Source: Vulcanimicrobiales bacterium (lineage in GTDB: Bacteria > Vulcanimicrobiota > Vulcanimicrobiia > Vulcanimicrobiales > Vulcanimicrobiaceae). From it: a stretch of DNA of 64,000 nt. Every line of letters begins with the position of its first letter. Positions within the stretch are counted from its first letter, which is position 1. The stretch lies in NCBI GenBank assembly GCA_038231455.1, contig JBBRLI010000010.1, positions 64,747 through 128,746 of the forward strand, read 5' to 3'. A model generated the notes under the pieces. The model was not told the DNA's origin, made no database searches, and worked only from the letters and a program-made list of their open reading frames with translations. A program made the position numbers and the translations under genes. Shown piece after piece: positions 9,264 through 18,310 of the stretch.

Positions 9264-10628
9264 ATGTACACACCGCACACGCAGCGCGACATCGAGGCGA
9301 TGCTCCGCCTCATTGGCGCATCGTCGCTCGACGAGCTCGTCAAAGTCCCCGATGCCGTCGCCATCAAGGTTCCGCTCGAAGTCGCTCCGGCGCTTCCGGA
9401 GTCCGAACTCACCCAGCGTTTTGCGAGCTTCGCAGCGCGCGTCGGCGCGACGGACTATATCTCGTTTCTTGGCGCGGGGGCGTACCGGCATTACGTGCCC
9501 CCGGTGATCGCGACGCTTGCGATGCGCGGCGAATTCCTCACCGCCTATACGCCATACCAGGCGGAAGTCTCACAAGGCTATCTGCAGGCGATCTACGAGT
9601 GGCAGAGTTATATCGCGCTTCTCACCGGCATGGATGTCGCGAACGCCTCGGTGTACGACGGAGCGACGGCGCTTGCCGAAGGCACGATCATGGCGGTGAA
9701 TGCAACGGGTCGCAAAGCCGTCCTCGTCTCACGCGCCGTGCATCCCAACTATCGTGCCGTCCTTCAGACGTACGCCGATGGGCTCGATCTCGATGTCGAC
9801 GAGCTGCCGTACGCCGCTGAGGGCACGACCGATCTTTCGTCGATCGAAGCCGCGCTTGCCGATCAGCGTTACGCCGCTGTCGTTCTTCAAACACCAAACA
9901 TGTTCGGCGCGCTCGATGCACTGCCGAGCGGCATGGCCGAGAAGATCAAGGCAACCGGAACGCTCGTCATCGGCGTGATTGCCGAAGCGCTTTCACTTGC
10001 CGCACTCGCAACGCCCGCATCATGGGGCGTCGATATTGCCGTTGGTGAAGGGCAGAGCTTCGGCGTGTCGCTGGCGTACGGAGGGCCGTATGTCGGCTTC
10101 ATCGCCTGCACGACCGAACATTTGCGCCGCATCCCCGGACGCCTGGTTGGCAAGTCGCTCGACAAAGATGGCAACGAGGCGTACGTTCTCACGTTGCAAG
10201 CGCGCGAACAGCATATCCGCCGCGAAAAAGCGACCTCGAACATCTGCACCAATCAAGCCCACTGCGCGCTCGTCGCGACGATCTATCTTGCAGCGATGGG
10301 CAAGACCGGGTTGCGCAACTGCGCCTCGGCAAACCTCAAACGCTCGCGCGAACTCGAAAAAGCGGTCACCGCAATCGACGGGTTCACGAAGCGTTTCTCC
10401 GCTCCGTTTTTCAACGAATTCGCCGTTCGCGTGCCGGGCGGCAGTGCCGGTAGCGTCCTCAAGGCCCTGCAGAAACAGGGTATTCTGGGGGGCGTCGACC
10501 TCGGCCGCTGGTATCCCGAACTCGAAGACACGATCCTGATGACGGCGACGGAAGTCACCACGGATGCGGACATCAAGCAGCTCGTCGCTGCACTCCAGGA
10601 GGTTCGCAGTCTTGCCGGCGTTCGCTGA
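9264..10628 (+). CDS. gcvPA: Glycine dehydrogenase subunit 1
   Basis: YTPYQAEVSQG, ANASVYDG, QAREQHIRREKATSNICTNQ motifs. Confidence 0.97.
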   Translation: MYTPHTQRDIEAMLRLIGASSLDELVKVPDAVAIKVPLEVAPALPESELTQRFASFAARVGATDYISFLGAGAYRHYVPPVIATLAMRGEFLTAYTPYQAEVSQGYLQAIYEWQSYIALLTGMDVANASVYDGATALAEGTIMAVNATGRKAVLVSRAVHPNYRAVLQTYADGLDLDVDELPYAAEGTTDLSSIEAALADQRYAAVVLQTPNMFGALDALPSGMAEKIKATGTLVIGVIAEALSLAALATPASWGVDIAVGEGQSFGVSLAYGGPYVGFIACTTEHLRRIPGRLVGKSLDKDGNEAYVLTLQAREQHIRREKATSNICTNQAHCALVATIYLAAMGKTGLRNCASANLKRSRELEKAVTAIDGFTKRFSAPFFNEFAVRVPGGSAGSVLKALQKQGILGGVDLGRWYPELEDTILMTATEVTTDADIKQLVAALQEVRSLAGVR

Positions 10629-12111
10629 AACCCCACTGATCTTCGACATCGGCCAAGACGGTCGGGCGAACAACTATTTTGCCGAAGGCGCGCCGCTCTC
10701 GGATTTTCTCCCCAAAGAGGCGCTCCGCGACGAACTACCGCTGCCGGATAATAGCGAACTCGACGTCGTGCGTCACTTCACGCGCCTTTCGCAAAAAACG
10801 TTCAGCATCGATACGAATTTCTATCCGCTGGGCTCGTGCACGATGAAGTACAACCCGCGCGTCAACGACGCGATGGCGAATCTTCCGGCGCTGCGTGATT
10901 TGCATCCGCTCGTCCCCGACGAACTCGCGCAAGGAGCGCTCGCCGTCATGTGGGAGCTGGAGAAGAGCCTGGTCTCGCTCTTCGGCATGGCCGCATTCTC
11001 GCTCAACCCCGCCGCCGGCGCGCACGCCGAACTCACGGCGCTCCTCATCGCAAAGAAGTACTTTAAAAAGTACGGTCAGGCGTTGACGCGCACGACGGTG
11101 ATCGTCCCGGACACCGCACACGGCACGAACCCCGCTTCCGCAGCGATGGTCGGCTTCAAAGTCGTTTCGCTCAAGTCCGATGCGCGCGGACGCGTCTCGG
11201 TCGAGGAAATCAAAAAAGCGATCGGCCCCGATACTGCCGTCGTCATGATGACGAACCCGAACACCCTGGGCCTCTACGAAGATCAGATCAAAGAAATCAC
11301 CGACGCGGTGCACGACGTCGGCGGCCTGATGTACTACGACGGAGCAAACGCAAACGCGCTCATGGGCAACTCGCGCCCAGGCGACATGGGCTTCGACCTC
11401 ATGCATCTCAATCTGCACAAAACGTTCTCGATTCCGCACGGCGGCGGCGGCGCGGGCGCAGGCCCCGTCGGCGTCGCGCGTCACCTCGTGCCGTTCTTAC
11501 CGACCCCCGTCGTGCGCGCAACGAACATCGTAAGCGAACACGAAGGCTGGCGCCCAAGCGACGAGATGACCTTCGCACTCGACTTCAACCGCGAAGACTC
11601 CATCGGAACGATGCGCTCGTTCTGGTCCAATTTCGCGCACATGGTCCGGGCACTCTCATACACCTATGCAAACGGCGCCGAAGGCCTAACGATGGTGAGC
11701 AAACTCGCCATCCTTAACGCCAACTATATCCGCGCCTCAGTCAAAGACCTCATCGAAATCCCCTACGACGAATACAACCGCCACGAATTCGTAGCTAGCG
11801 CCCAAGCCTTAAAACGCGAAACGGGCGTACGCGCCCTCGACATCGGCAAAGCACTCCTCGATCGCGGCTACCACGCCCCAACGGTGTACTTCCCGCTCCT
11901 CGTCCCCGAGTGCCTCATGATCGAACCAACGGAAACAGAATCAAAAGAAACACTCGATGGCTTCATCGCCGCCTTCCGAGAAATCCTAACAGCAGCCCGA
12001 GAAAACCCACAATCAATCATGGACGCGCCAATAAACACCGCAGTAAAACGAATCGACGAAACCCGAGCCGCCCGCCAACCCGACCTCCGGTGGCGACCAG
12101 CCCCAAAGTAG
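10612..12111 (+). CDS. gcvPB: Glycine dehydrogenase subunit 2
   Basis: YPLGSCTMKYNP, AHGTNPASA, HLNLHKTFSIPHGGGG, IEPTETE; TTG start after GGAGG. Confidence 0.97.
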   Translation: MPAFAETPLIFDIGQDGRANNYFAEGAPLSDFLPKEALRDELPLPDNSELDVVRHFTRLSQKTFSIDTNFYPLGSCTMKYNPRVNDAMANLPALRDLHPLVPDELAQGALAVMWELEKSLVSLFGMAAFSLNPAAGAHAELTALLIAKKYFKKYGQALTRTTVIVPDTAHGTNPASAAMVGFKVVSLKSDARGRVSVEEIKKAIGPDTAVVMMTNPNTLGLYEDQIKEITDAVHDVGGLMYYDGANANALMGNSRPGDMGFDLMHLNLHKTFSIPHGGGGAGAGPVGVARHLVPFLPTPVVRATNIVSEHEGWRPSDEMTFALDFNREDSIGTMRSFWSNFAHMVRALSYTYANGAEGLTMVSKLAILNANYIRASVKDLIEIPYDEYNRHEFVASAQALKRETGVRALDIGKALLDRGYHAPTVYFPLLVPECLMIEPTETESKETLDGFIAAFREILTAARENPQSIMDAPINTAVKRIDETRAARQPDLRWRPAPK

Positions 12112-12134
12112 TGGGCAAAAAACAAAACCGCATG

Positions 12135-12169
12135 AAAAAACGGAGTCGGGATCACCGACTCCGTTTTTT
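12135..12169. terminator. Intrinsic terminator after gcvPB
   Basis: AAAAAACGGAGTCGG-GATCA-CCGACTCCGTTTTTT. Confidence 0.9.
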
Positions 12170-12407
12170 ATTTGCGAAACGAGTTCGCTTCAAAAACCGC
12201 TTTCAAGTCCGGCGGCAAGTCATCGATCTCCTGAACCTGCCGAACCTTATAAATCCGTGTTCATCCCAAATCTCACCCGACATGAAAGCGTCGATCGAAC
12301 AACACCAATTTCGACAACCCAACACCAATAGTTCGCCACCACCCCCCCTCTCTACAAAACCCCACCGAACCCAACGCCACCGTTGCGACCGAAAGTCGTG
12401 CCGGAGG

Positions 12408-12576
12408 GGCTGGTGGGGTGCGTTGCCGGTGGGGTCTATGAGCTTTTCGCGGAGCGTGTTGGCCCAGCGTAGGCTGGGACAACACATCAGGATGGCGGGA
12501 GCGAAAAGTCATGAAGCAGGGCTTTTCCAAGGACGGGAAAGCCCGGCGTCCCCACCGGCAACCCGCCCCGCCAGCC
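12408..12576 (+). repeat. Structured dispersed repeat element, copy 1
   Basis: 27-bp terminal stem (12408-12434/12550-12576) enclosing conserved internal hairpins; homologous to 37216-37359. Confidence 0.85.
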
Positions 12577-12651
12577 ACTCACGACACAATCCCCGAACAA
12601 AACGAAGTGACGAACAAACGTTCGATGGGGTAGTTTCTTCTTGGCCCCCAT

Positions 12652-12660
12652 TGCTATAAT
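12652..12660 (+). promoter_or_regulatory. Extended -10 promoter for the NUDIX-scpA-scpB operon
   Basis: TGCTATAAT (TGnTATAAT). Confidence 0.6.
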
Positions 12661-12703
12661 AAAAGGTACCCCCGAACCACGGGGAGCGCTCGGGAAAGCA
12701 ACG

Positions 12704-13195
12704 ATGCGGATCAAATATGAGGTGTCTGCCGGAGGGCTAGTCCTCCGTCGGAATGGAGCTCAGCTCGAGGCCCTGCTCATCGGCAGAGGCCAGCCTCGCG
12801 TATGGTCCTTGCCCAAAGGGCACGTCGAACATCGCGAGACCCACGAGCAAGCCGCCTTGCGCGAAGTCCGCGAAGAAACCGGCTGCTGGGCCGAGATCCT
12901 CATGAAGCTCTCGGATATCTCGTACTGGTTCTACCTGAACCGCAGCAAGCACAAAAAGTCGGTCCACTTCTATTTGATGCGCTATCTCTCAGGCGATACG
13001 GCCAACCACGACCACGAAGTCGATGAAGCCGCCTGGTTCGAGATCCGCGCGGCGAAGAAAAACCTCAAGTACGTCAACGAAAAGCGCCTGATCGACCTTG
13101 GCCTGGAGTATCTCCAAGCCGAAGGCACCGGTCTCTTCGAGACCGAGACCGTTGCGCTCGTTACTGAGGCTCTCCAGGACATCAGCGCAGGTTGA
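12704..13195 (+). CDS. NUDIX hydrolase
   Basis: SAGG...WSLPKGHVEHRETHEQAALREVREETG Nudix box. Confidence 0.92.
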   Translation: MRIKYEVSAGGLVLRRNGAQLEALLIGRGQPRVWSLPKGHVEHRETHEQAALREVREETGCWAEILMKLSDISYWFYLNRSKHKKSVHFYLMRYLSGDTANHDHEVDEAAWFEIRAAKKNLKYVNEKRLIDLGLEYLQAEGTGLFETETVALVTEALQDISAG

Positions 13196-13956
13196 ACCCG
13201 GGCGCCCCCGTCGAGGACGAGCGCGCCTGTCGTGTTTCGCTCGCCAATCTTTTTGATGGCCCACTCGATCTGCTCCTGAGTCTGGTTAAGGAACGCCAAC
13301 TCGACATCGCGACGGTGCCGCTGGCGCTGGTCTGCGACCAATATTTTGCCTTCATCGAGGCGATGGAGTCGATCGACGTCGAGCTTGCCGCCGAATATCT
13401 CGTGATCGCGGCCACCTTGGTGTTCCTCAAGTCAAAGGCGATGCTGCCGGCGATTCCGGCCGAGTTCGAGGATGCCGAAGAGTCCGCCGAGGTGGTCGAG
13501 CAACGTCTGCGCGAGCGCCTAGTTGCCTACTCCATCTACAAGGCCGCGGGCGATGAGCTCAAAAGCCGGGCCGATGAAGCCAAGGCCTTCTACCTGCGCG
13601 ACGCCGGCGACCCGACAACAGACATCACCCAACGCTACCGCATCAATGCAGCGAAGCTCTCCGCGGCCCTGGCGGCTGCGTTGCGAGCGGCGAAGCCCGA
13701 GAAGCGCACCATCGTTCGCGAGCGCGTCTCGCTCATCGAGCAGATGGAGCTGGTCGCCCGCACGGTCCGTACCCAGGGCCGGGCGTCATTTTTCGAACTG
13801 TGCTTGGGCCTGGATCGCGGCGGGATCATCGTGACGTTCCTTGCTGTTTTGGAACTGGTTCGGCGGCGCCGGCTGGTTTTCGCACAGAGTAACGCCTTCG
13901 CCGACATCGAACTCTTGCCGCTCGTGGAAGATCCGATACCCGCCAATGCAAACTGA
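13192..13956 (+). CDS. scpA: Segregation and condensation protein A
   Basis: FDGPLDLLLSLV, AAEYLVIAATL, IIVTFLAVLEL motifs. Confidence 0.93.
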   Translation: MNPGAPVEDERACRVSLANLFDGPLDLLLSLVKERQLDIATVPLALVCDQYFAFIEAMESIDVELAAEYLVIAATLVFLKSKAMLPAIPAEFEDAEESAEVVEQRLRERLVAYSIYKAAGDELKSRADEAKAFYLRDAGDPTTDITQRYRINAAKLSAALAAALRAAKPEKRTIVRERVSLIEQMELVARTVRTQGRASFFELCLGLDRGGIIVTFLAVLELVRRRRLVFAQSNAFADIELLPLVEDPIPANAN

Positions 13957-14656
13957 CGAGCTCGCTCCGCCGGCCGAGGCCGCCGCCGAGCACGAGCCCA
14001 TGCAAACCGAACTGATCGAGACCGGGACGCTGCAGCGCAGCATCGAGGCGGTCCTTTTCGTCGCCTCCGAGGCGCTCTCGATCAAAACGCTCTCCAAACT
14101 CACCGGCGCGGAAGAAACCGAAGTCGCGCGGGCACTTCAGCAGATCGCTGAGGACTTCGGCGATCGCGGCATCGTGCTGCGCGAGATCGCCGGCGGCTAC
14201 CGCTTCGCGAGTTCCTCGGCCGCGCGCGAAGTCGTCGAAGCCTATCTCTTGCCGCCGAAGACCAATCTTTCGCCCGCGGCGCTCGAGACGCTCGCAATCG
14301 TTGCGTACATGCAACCCGTAACGAAGAGCGAAGTCGAAGGCGTACGCGGTGTCAGTGCGGATTCGGTGATCTCGACGCTCGTCGACCGGCGGTTTCTCGT
14401 TGAAGGCGGCCGCAAAGAAGTTGCGGGTCGTCCGATCCTCTACAAGACGACGGCCGAATTCTTGGAAGCCTTTGGCTTACGCAGTTTAGAAGAGTTGCCG
14501 CCAATCGACATCGATGCGGGTCTGCCGATCGAAATGGCGCTCCCGATTCCGACCGAAACGGTCGCGACCGCCATCGACGAAATCGTCGCCGATGAGATTG
14601 CAGAAGAAGCAAAATCAACCGAAGAGAGCGAGACAACGGAATCAACACCCACGTGA
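13946..14656 (+). CDS. scpB: Segregation and condensation protein B
   Basis: IEAVLFVA, LSPAALETLAIVAYMQPVT, GRPILYKTT..FL..FGL motifs. Confidence 0.95.
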   Translation: MQTDELAPPAEAAAEHEPMQTELIETGTLQRSIEAVLFVASEALSIKTLSKLTGAEETEVARALQQIAEDFGDRGIVLREIAGGYRFASSSAAREVVEAYLLPPKTNLSPAALETLAIVAYMQPVTKSEVEGVRGVSADSVISTLVDRRFLVEGGRKEVAGRPILYKTTAEFLEAFGLRSLEELPPIDIDAGLPIEMALPIPTETVATAIDEIVADEIAEEAKSTEESETTESTPT

Positions 14657-15894
14657 TGAACGACGATGACGCGATTTGGGATCGTATCGACGCGAACTGC
14701 CAAGCCGTTGCGATCGCGCACGAATTGATCCAGCCCGGTGAGACCTTCAGCCTTACCGAAGACCAAGGAAAAGCGGTCGATGCGATCTGCGATGGTCTCG
14801 AAGACGGCGGCTTTGAATTCTTGCTTAAGGCACCGACAGGTTCGGGAAAAACCGAAGTCATGATGCGCGTTGCGGTCGATACGATTCTCGCAGAAGACTC
14901 GTACATCACGCTGATCGCGCCGACGCGCGACCTCGTGCGCCAGCACTTCACGTACTTTACCGAACGCCTCGAAGGAACGGGACTCGGCGTTGCGCAGATT
15001 CATGGCGGCATTTCACCCGCCGAACGCAAAGCGACCATGGCGGGCCTCGCGGACGGATCGATCCGCGTTGTGGTCGGCTCGGCGATGATGCTCGTGAGCG
15101 ACCAGCTCTGGCGCATGATCGATGAGAGTTCTCTGCTGGTCGTCGACGACGTCAACGCGTTCGACGAGCGCGAACATCTACGGTTACTGGAAGATCTCGA
15201 CTGTCCGATGCTCTTCGCGACCGCGACGCCGGATGAGTTGCGCTCGTTTCTCACGCGCGTCGGTGCTTACAATAACGTCATTTCGATGAAGAAAATGCCG
15301 TTCGATGTCATTCCGACCAAAGTGCACAAGGTCGAAGGTGTCTGGGGCGAACCGCCGATCGAGCAGATGTCGCGCGCGGACGAACTCATCCGCATGCACC
15401 TCGAGCGCAAGTCGCGCATCTTCGTCATCAGCCGCACGCGCCACGATGTGCCCAAGCTCGCGCAGCGGCTCGAAGAGACGTATGGATTTCCGGTTCAGCA
15501 ATTGCGCGGCGATATGGCCGACACCGGCGAGCACAAGAGCCGCCACGCGCGTCGCGGAGTGAAAGTCAGCAACATCGGCACACGTGTTGAAATGATGGAA
15601 GCATTCCGTCGGGGGGCGCCCGCGATTCTCGCCGCGACCAATCTTGTCGGCAGCGGTCTCGACATTCCGGCAGCGGATCTCATCGTGATCACCGATGCCG
15701 ACGCATTCGGTGAGGGCGAGACAGAACAACTCATCGGTCGCGTCGGTCGCCGCGAGCGCCCCTCCGATGCCATTCTTCTCACCGGGACCACCTTTGAGAA
15801 AAATCCCTCGCGGTCGCTCGCCAGCGGTCGCGCCAAGACATTTATGCCGCGCGGCATGCGTGCCAACCAGTTACGTTTCACGCGTCGCAAGTAA
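14653..15894 (+). CDS. SF2 helicase-like protein, RecG-like core without wedge domain
   Basis: PTGSGKT, IAPTRDLVRQH, VVDDVN, ATATP, GLDIPAAD, QLIGRVGR motifs. Confidence 0.75.
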   Translation: MMNDDDAIWDRIDANCQAVAIAHELIQPGETFSLTEDQGKAVDAICDGLEDGGFEFLLKAPTGSGKTEVMMRVAVDTILAEDSYITLIAPTRDLVRQHFTYFTERLEGTGLGVAQIHGGISPAERKATMAGLADGSIRVVVGSAMMLVSDQLWRMIDESSLLVVDDVNAFDEREHLRLLEDLDCPMLFATATPDELRSFLTRVGAYNNVISMKKMPFDVIPTKVHKVEGVWGEPPIEQMSRADELIRMHLERKSRIFVISRTRHDVPKLAQRLEETYGFPVQQLRGDMADTGEHKSRHARRGVKVSNIGTRVEMMEAFRRGAPAILAATNLVGSGLDIPAADLIVITDADAFGEGETEQLIGRVGRRERPSDAILLTGTTFEKNPSRSLASGRAKTFMPRGMRANQLRFTRRK

Positions 15895-15900
15895 CCACCG

Positions 15901-16653
15901 ATGACGGACGTCGCGGCGAACAACGGCTCGTTTGACGACCTCGCGGCCGACTACGACCAGTACCGCACCGGATACAGCGCCGAACTCTTCGACGAACTCG
16001 TCGGCCTTGGAGTAACGCCGGGCACGATCGTTCTCGATATCGCCTGCGGGAACGGGATTGCAACGGCTCCACTCGTGGCGCGGGGATGCAAGCTCACCGG
16101 CGTCGATCCGTCCGAACCGATGCTCGCGAATGCCCGCACGCGCGTTCCGGCAGCGACGTTCGTTCTGGGCTACGCCGAGAAACTGCCGTTTGGCGACAAC
16201 CACTTCGACCACGCGATCTGCGCGCAAGCATTTCATTGGTTCGATCAACCACGCGCGTTTGAAGAGGCGATTCGCGTTGTCAAACCGGGCGGCAACGTGG
16301 CCGTCTGGTGGAAGCGGCTCACGCAGGATGCGGCGATTCGTGCGCTCCGCGATTCCGCGTATGAAGAAGTCGGCGTTGCGCCGCCAAAAGATGCGCTGGG
16401 CGGATCGTTCCGTGCTTACTACGGCGCGGCGTTTAGCGATCGACACCTGCGCGTGCTTCCGTTCACCTGGCGGACGACGGTGAAGACGTGGATCGGCTAC
16501 GAGCACTCGCGCGCGACCGCGCGCAACGCGTTCGGTGACAAGCGCGATGCGTATCTCAAAGCGCTCGAACGGCGTTTAGTCAAAGAGGCCGGTTCGCTTG
16601 AATCGGCGATGATCGCGCCGTACATGCAATACGTCTACATTGGAGTGGTTTAG
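15901..16653 (+). CDS. Class I SAM-dependent methyltransferase
   Basis: VLDIACGNG, GVDPS, AQAFHWFD motifs. Confidence 0.9.
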   Translation: MTDVAANNGSFDDLAADYDQYRTGYSAELFDELVGLGVTPGTIVLDIACGNGIATAPLVARGCKLTGVDPSEPMLANARTRVPAATFVLGYAEKLPFGDNHFDHAICAQAFHWFDQPRAFEEAIRVVKPGGNVAVWWKRLTQDAAIRALRDSAYEEVGVAPPKDALGGSFRAYYGAAFSDRHLRVLPFTWRTTVKTWIGYEHSRATARNAFGDKRDAYLKALERRLVKEAGSLESAMIAPYMQYVYIGVV

Positions 16654-16655
16654 CG

Positions 16656-17501
16656 TTGCGTCTTGGTCTACACATTGGCGTCAGCGGCGGGTACGACGCA
16701 GCGGTCGATTATGCGCAGCGTTTAGGCTGCACGGCGCTGCAAATCTTTAGCGGAAATCCCAAAACGTATCGGGTCGGAAAAATGAATGTGCCGGCGCTCG
16801 AGGGGTTTCGAGATAAGCGCAAAGCCGCGGGGCTCGACCCGGCCGTTATCCATACATCGTATCTGATCAACCTTGCAAGCGAAGATGAGAAGATGGTCGC
16901 GGGGTCACTCGGCCTCTTGAAAAACGATCTCGCGGTCGCGGCCGTCGGCGGCATCCGCTACGTGAACACGCATCTCGGTTCGTACGGGAAGCGCGATCGT
17001 GAGGACGGCTTCGGCGCGGTCTGCCGCGCACTCGAGGCGGCACTCGAAGACATCGCGCCCGATGTTTTTCTCGTGTTGGAAAACAGTGCGGGCGCCGGGC
17101 AGCTTTGCGGCGGCACGATGGAGGAGCTGGGACGCTTCCTGCGCGCCGTCCCGCACCCGCAGCTCGGTATTTGCATCGACACCGCCCATACGTGGGCTGC
17201 GGGCTATGCCATTAATGATTTTGACTCGGTTAGCCGATTCATATCACATGTGGAGGAGACGATCACCTTAGAAAAGGTGCTTCTTTTCCATTTCAACGAC
17301 ACGCAAATTCCGCTCGGCGGGCACCGGGACCGCCACTGGCACATCGGGGAAGGGCTCATCGGCTTTGAGGGCTTTCGCGCACTCGCGGGTCACCCGGAGC
17401 TGCGCGGCAAGACTGCGATCCTCGAGACGCCCGGTGAAGAGGCCGACGACGAGCGAAACATGCGTGCCATCCGCCTGATTTTTGAGGGAGCAACGACATG
17501 A
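16656..17501 (+). CDS. nfo: Endonuclease IV (AP endonuclease)
   Basis: QIFSGNP, HTSYLINLAS, LENSAG, CIDTAH, HFND, DRHWHIGEG, ILETP motifs. Confidence 0.93.
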   Translation: MRLGLHIGVSGGYDAAVDYAQRLGCTALQIFSGNPKTYRVGKMNVPALEGFRDKRKAAGLDPAVIHTSYLINLASEDEKMVAGSLGLLKNDLAVAAVGGIRYVNTHLGSYGKRDREDGFGAVCRALEAALEDIAPDVFLVLENSAGAGQLCGGTMEELGRFLRAVPHPQLGICIDTAHTWAAGYAINDFDSVSRFISHVEETITLEKVLLFHFNDTQIPLGGHRDRHWHIGEGLIGFEGFRALAGHPELRGKTAILETPGEEADDERNMRAIRLIFEGATT

Positions 17502-17821
17502 CGATGACGGATGACGAGCGACGGATCGCCACGCGCATGAAAACGAGCCTCAGCGTCACCTTTCGCGTCAATCGGGGTGCGGCAAAAGTAGGTGTCGTGG
17601 AGAACATTTCGCGAAGCGGACTGCTCCTGGTTTCTACGGATGCGCTGCTTGCTACCGACACGATCGAAGTCACCTTTTCCGATCCGATCCACGGCCACTC
17701 GCACGATGTGGAAGGCGATGTCGTGCGCAGCGCGCCCGCGGGCCGCTTCGGCGTTTCGTTTATCCGCGTTACCGAAGAAGCGCTCGACTTCGTCCGCAAA
17801 ATGGTCGGTATCGCCGCGTAG
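17498..17821 (+). CDS. PilZ domain protein
   Basis: ERRIATR (RxxxR) and NISRSG (D/NxSxxG) motifs. Confidence 0.85.
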   Translation: MTMTDDERRIATRMKTSLSVTFRVNRGAAKVGVVENISRSGLLLVSTDALLATDTIEVTFSDPIHGHSHDVEGDVVRSAPAGRFGVSFIRVTEEALDFVRKMVGIAA

Positions 17822-17830
17822 GAGCGACGG

Positions 17831-18310
17831 TTGATCGCGCGCGGCGACCGCGTTGCGTTCGTCGGCCCATCGGCCCCGGCCGATGAAGCGCTGGCCCTCG
17901 CGCTTGTGGGCCTGCGTTTTGGGCGCGTCGCCCGAGCCGGTCGAGACCTGCGGCCCTATCCCTATATGAGCGTCGGTGGTGCCGAACGCTTTCAATCTGC
18001 GATCTCAAAACCGTGGGATTCCGCGCGCTTCGCAGCGGTCTGCGCTGCGGCCGGACTCGAGTCGCACCACGCGATTCGACGGCTCAAGCGCTCGTACGCA
18101 CGCGCGCTCGTCGTCGCGCTTCTCGTTGCGACATCGCCCGACGTGCTCGTCATCGAGGGGATCGAGGAACTGGACGAAGCCGCCGCCGGTGCGCTCGATC
18201 GTGCCTTCGCACTGGTTCCTACCGTTCTCGTCAGCTGTGCGACGGAAGAAACGGCCGCGCGCTTCGGTGCACGTATCGTTTCGATTGCGCCGCTGGAGGC
18301 CGTTTCGTGA
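17831..18310 (+). CDS. Degenerate ABC ATPase-like protein
   Basis: GDRVAFVGPS without GKS/T; PDVLVIEG..ELD Walker-B-like remnant; coupled to a permease gene. Confidence 0.45.
   Translation: MIARGDRVAFVGPSAPADEALALALVGLRFGRVARAGRDLRPYPYMSVGGAERFQSAISKPWDSARFAAVCAAAGLESHHAIRRLKRSYARALVVALLVATSPDVLVIEGIEELDEAAAGALDRAFALVPTVLVSCATEETAARFGARIVSIAPLEAVS

Noticed and set aside
11910-12659. ORFs spanning element copy 1 (11910..12659 +, 12203..12487 -, 12273..12578 -)
   Set aside because: Low-complexity translations crossing a terminator and the inverted repeats; they are by-products of T-poor sequence.
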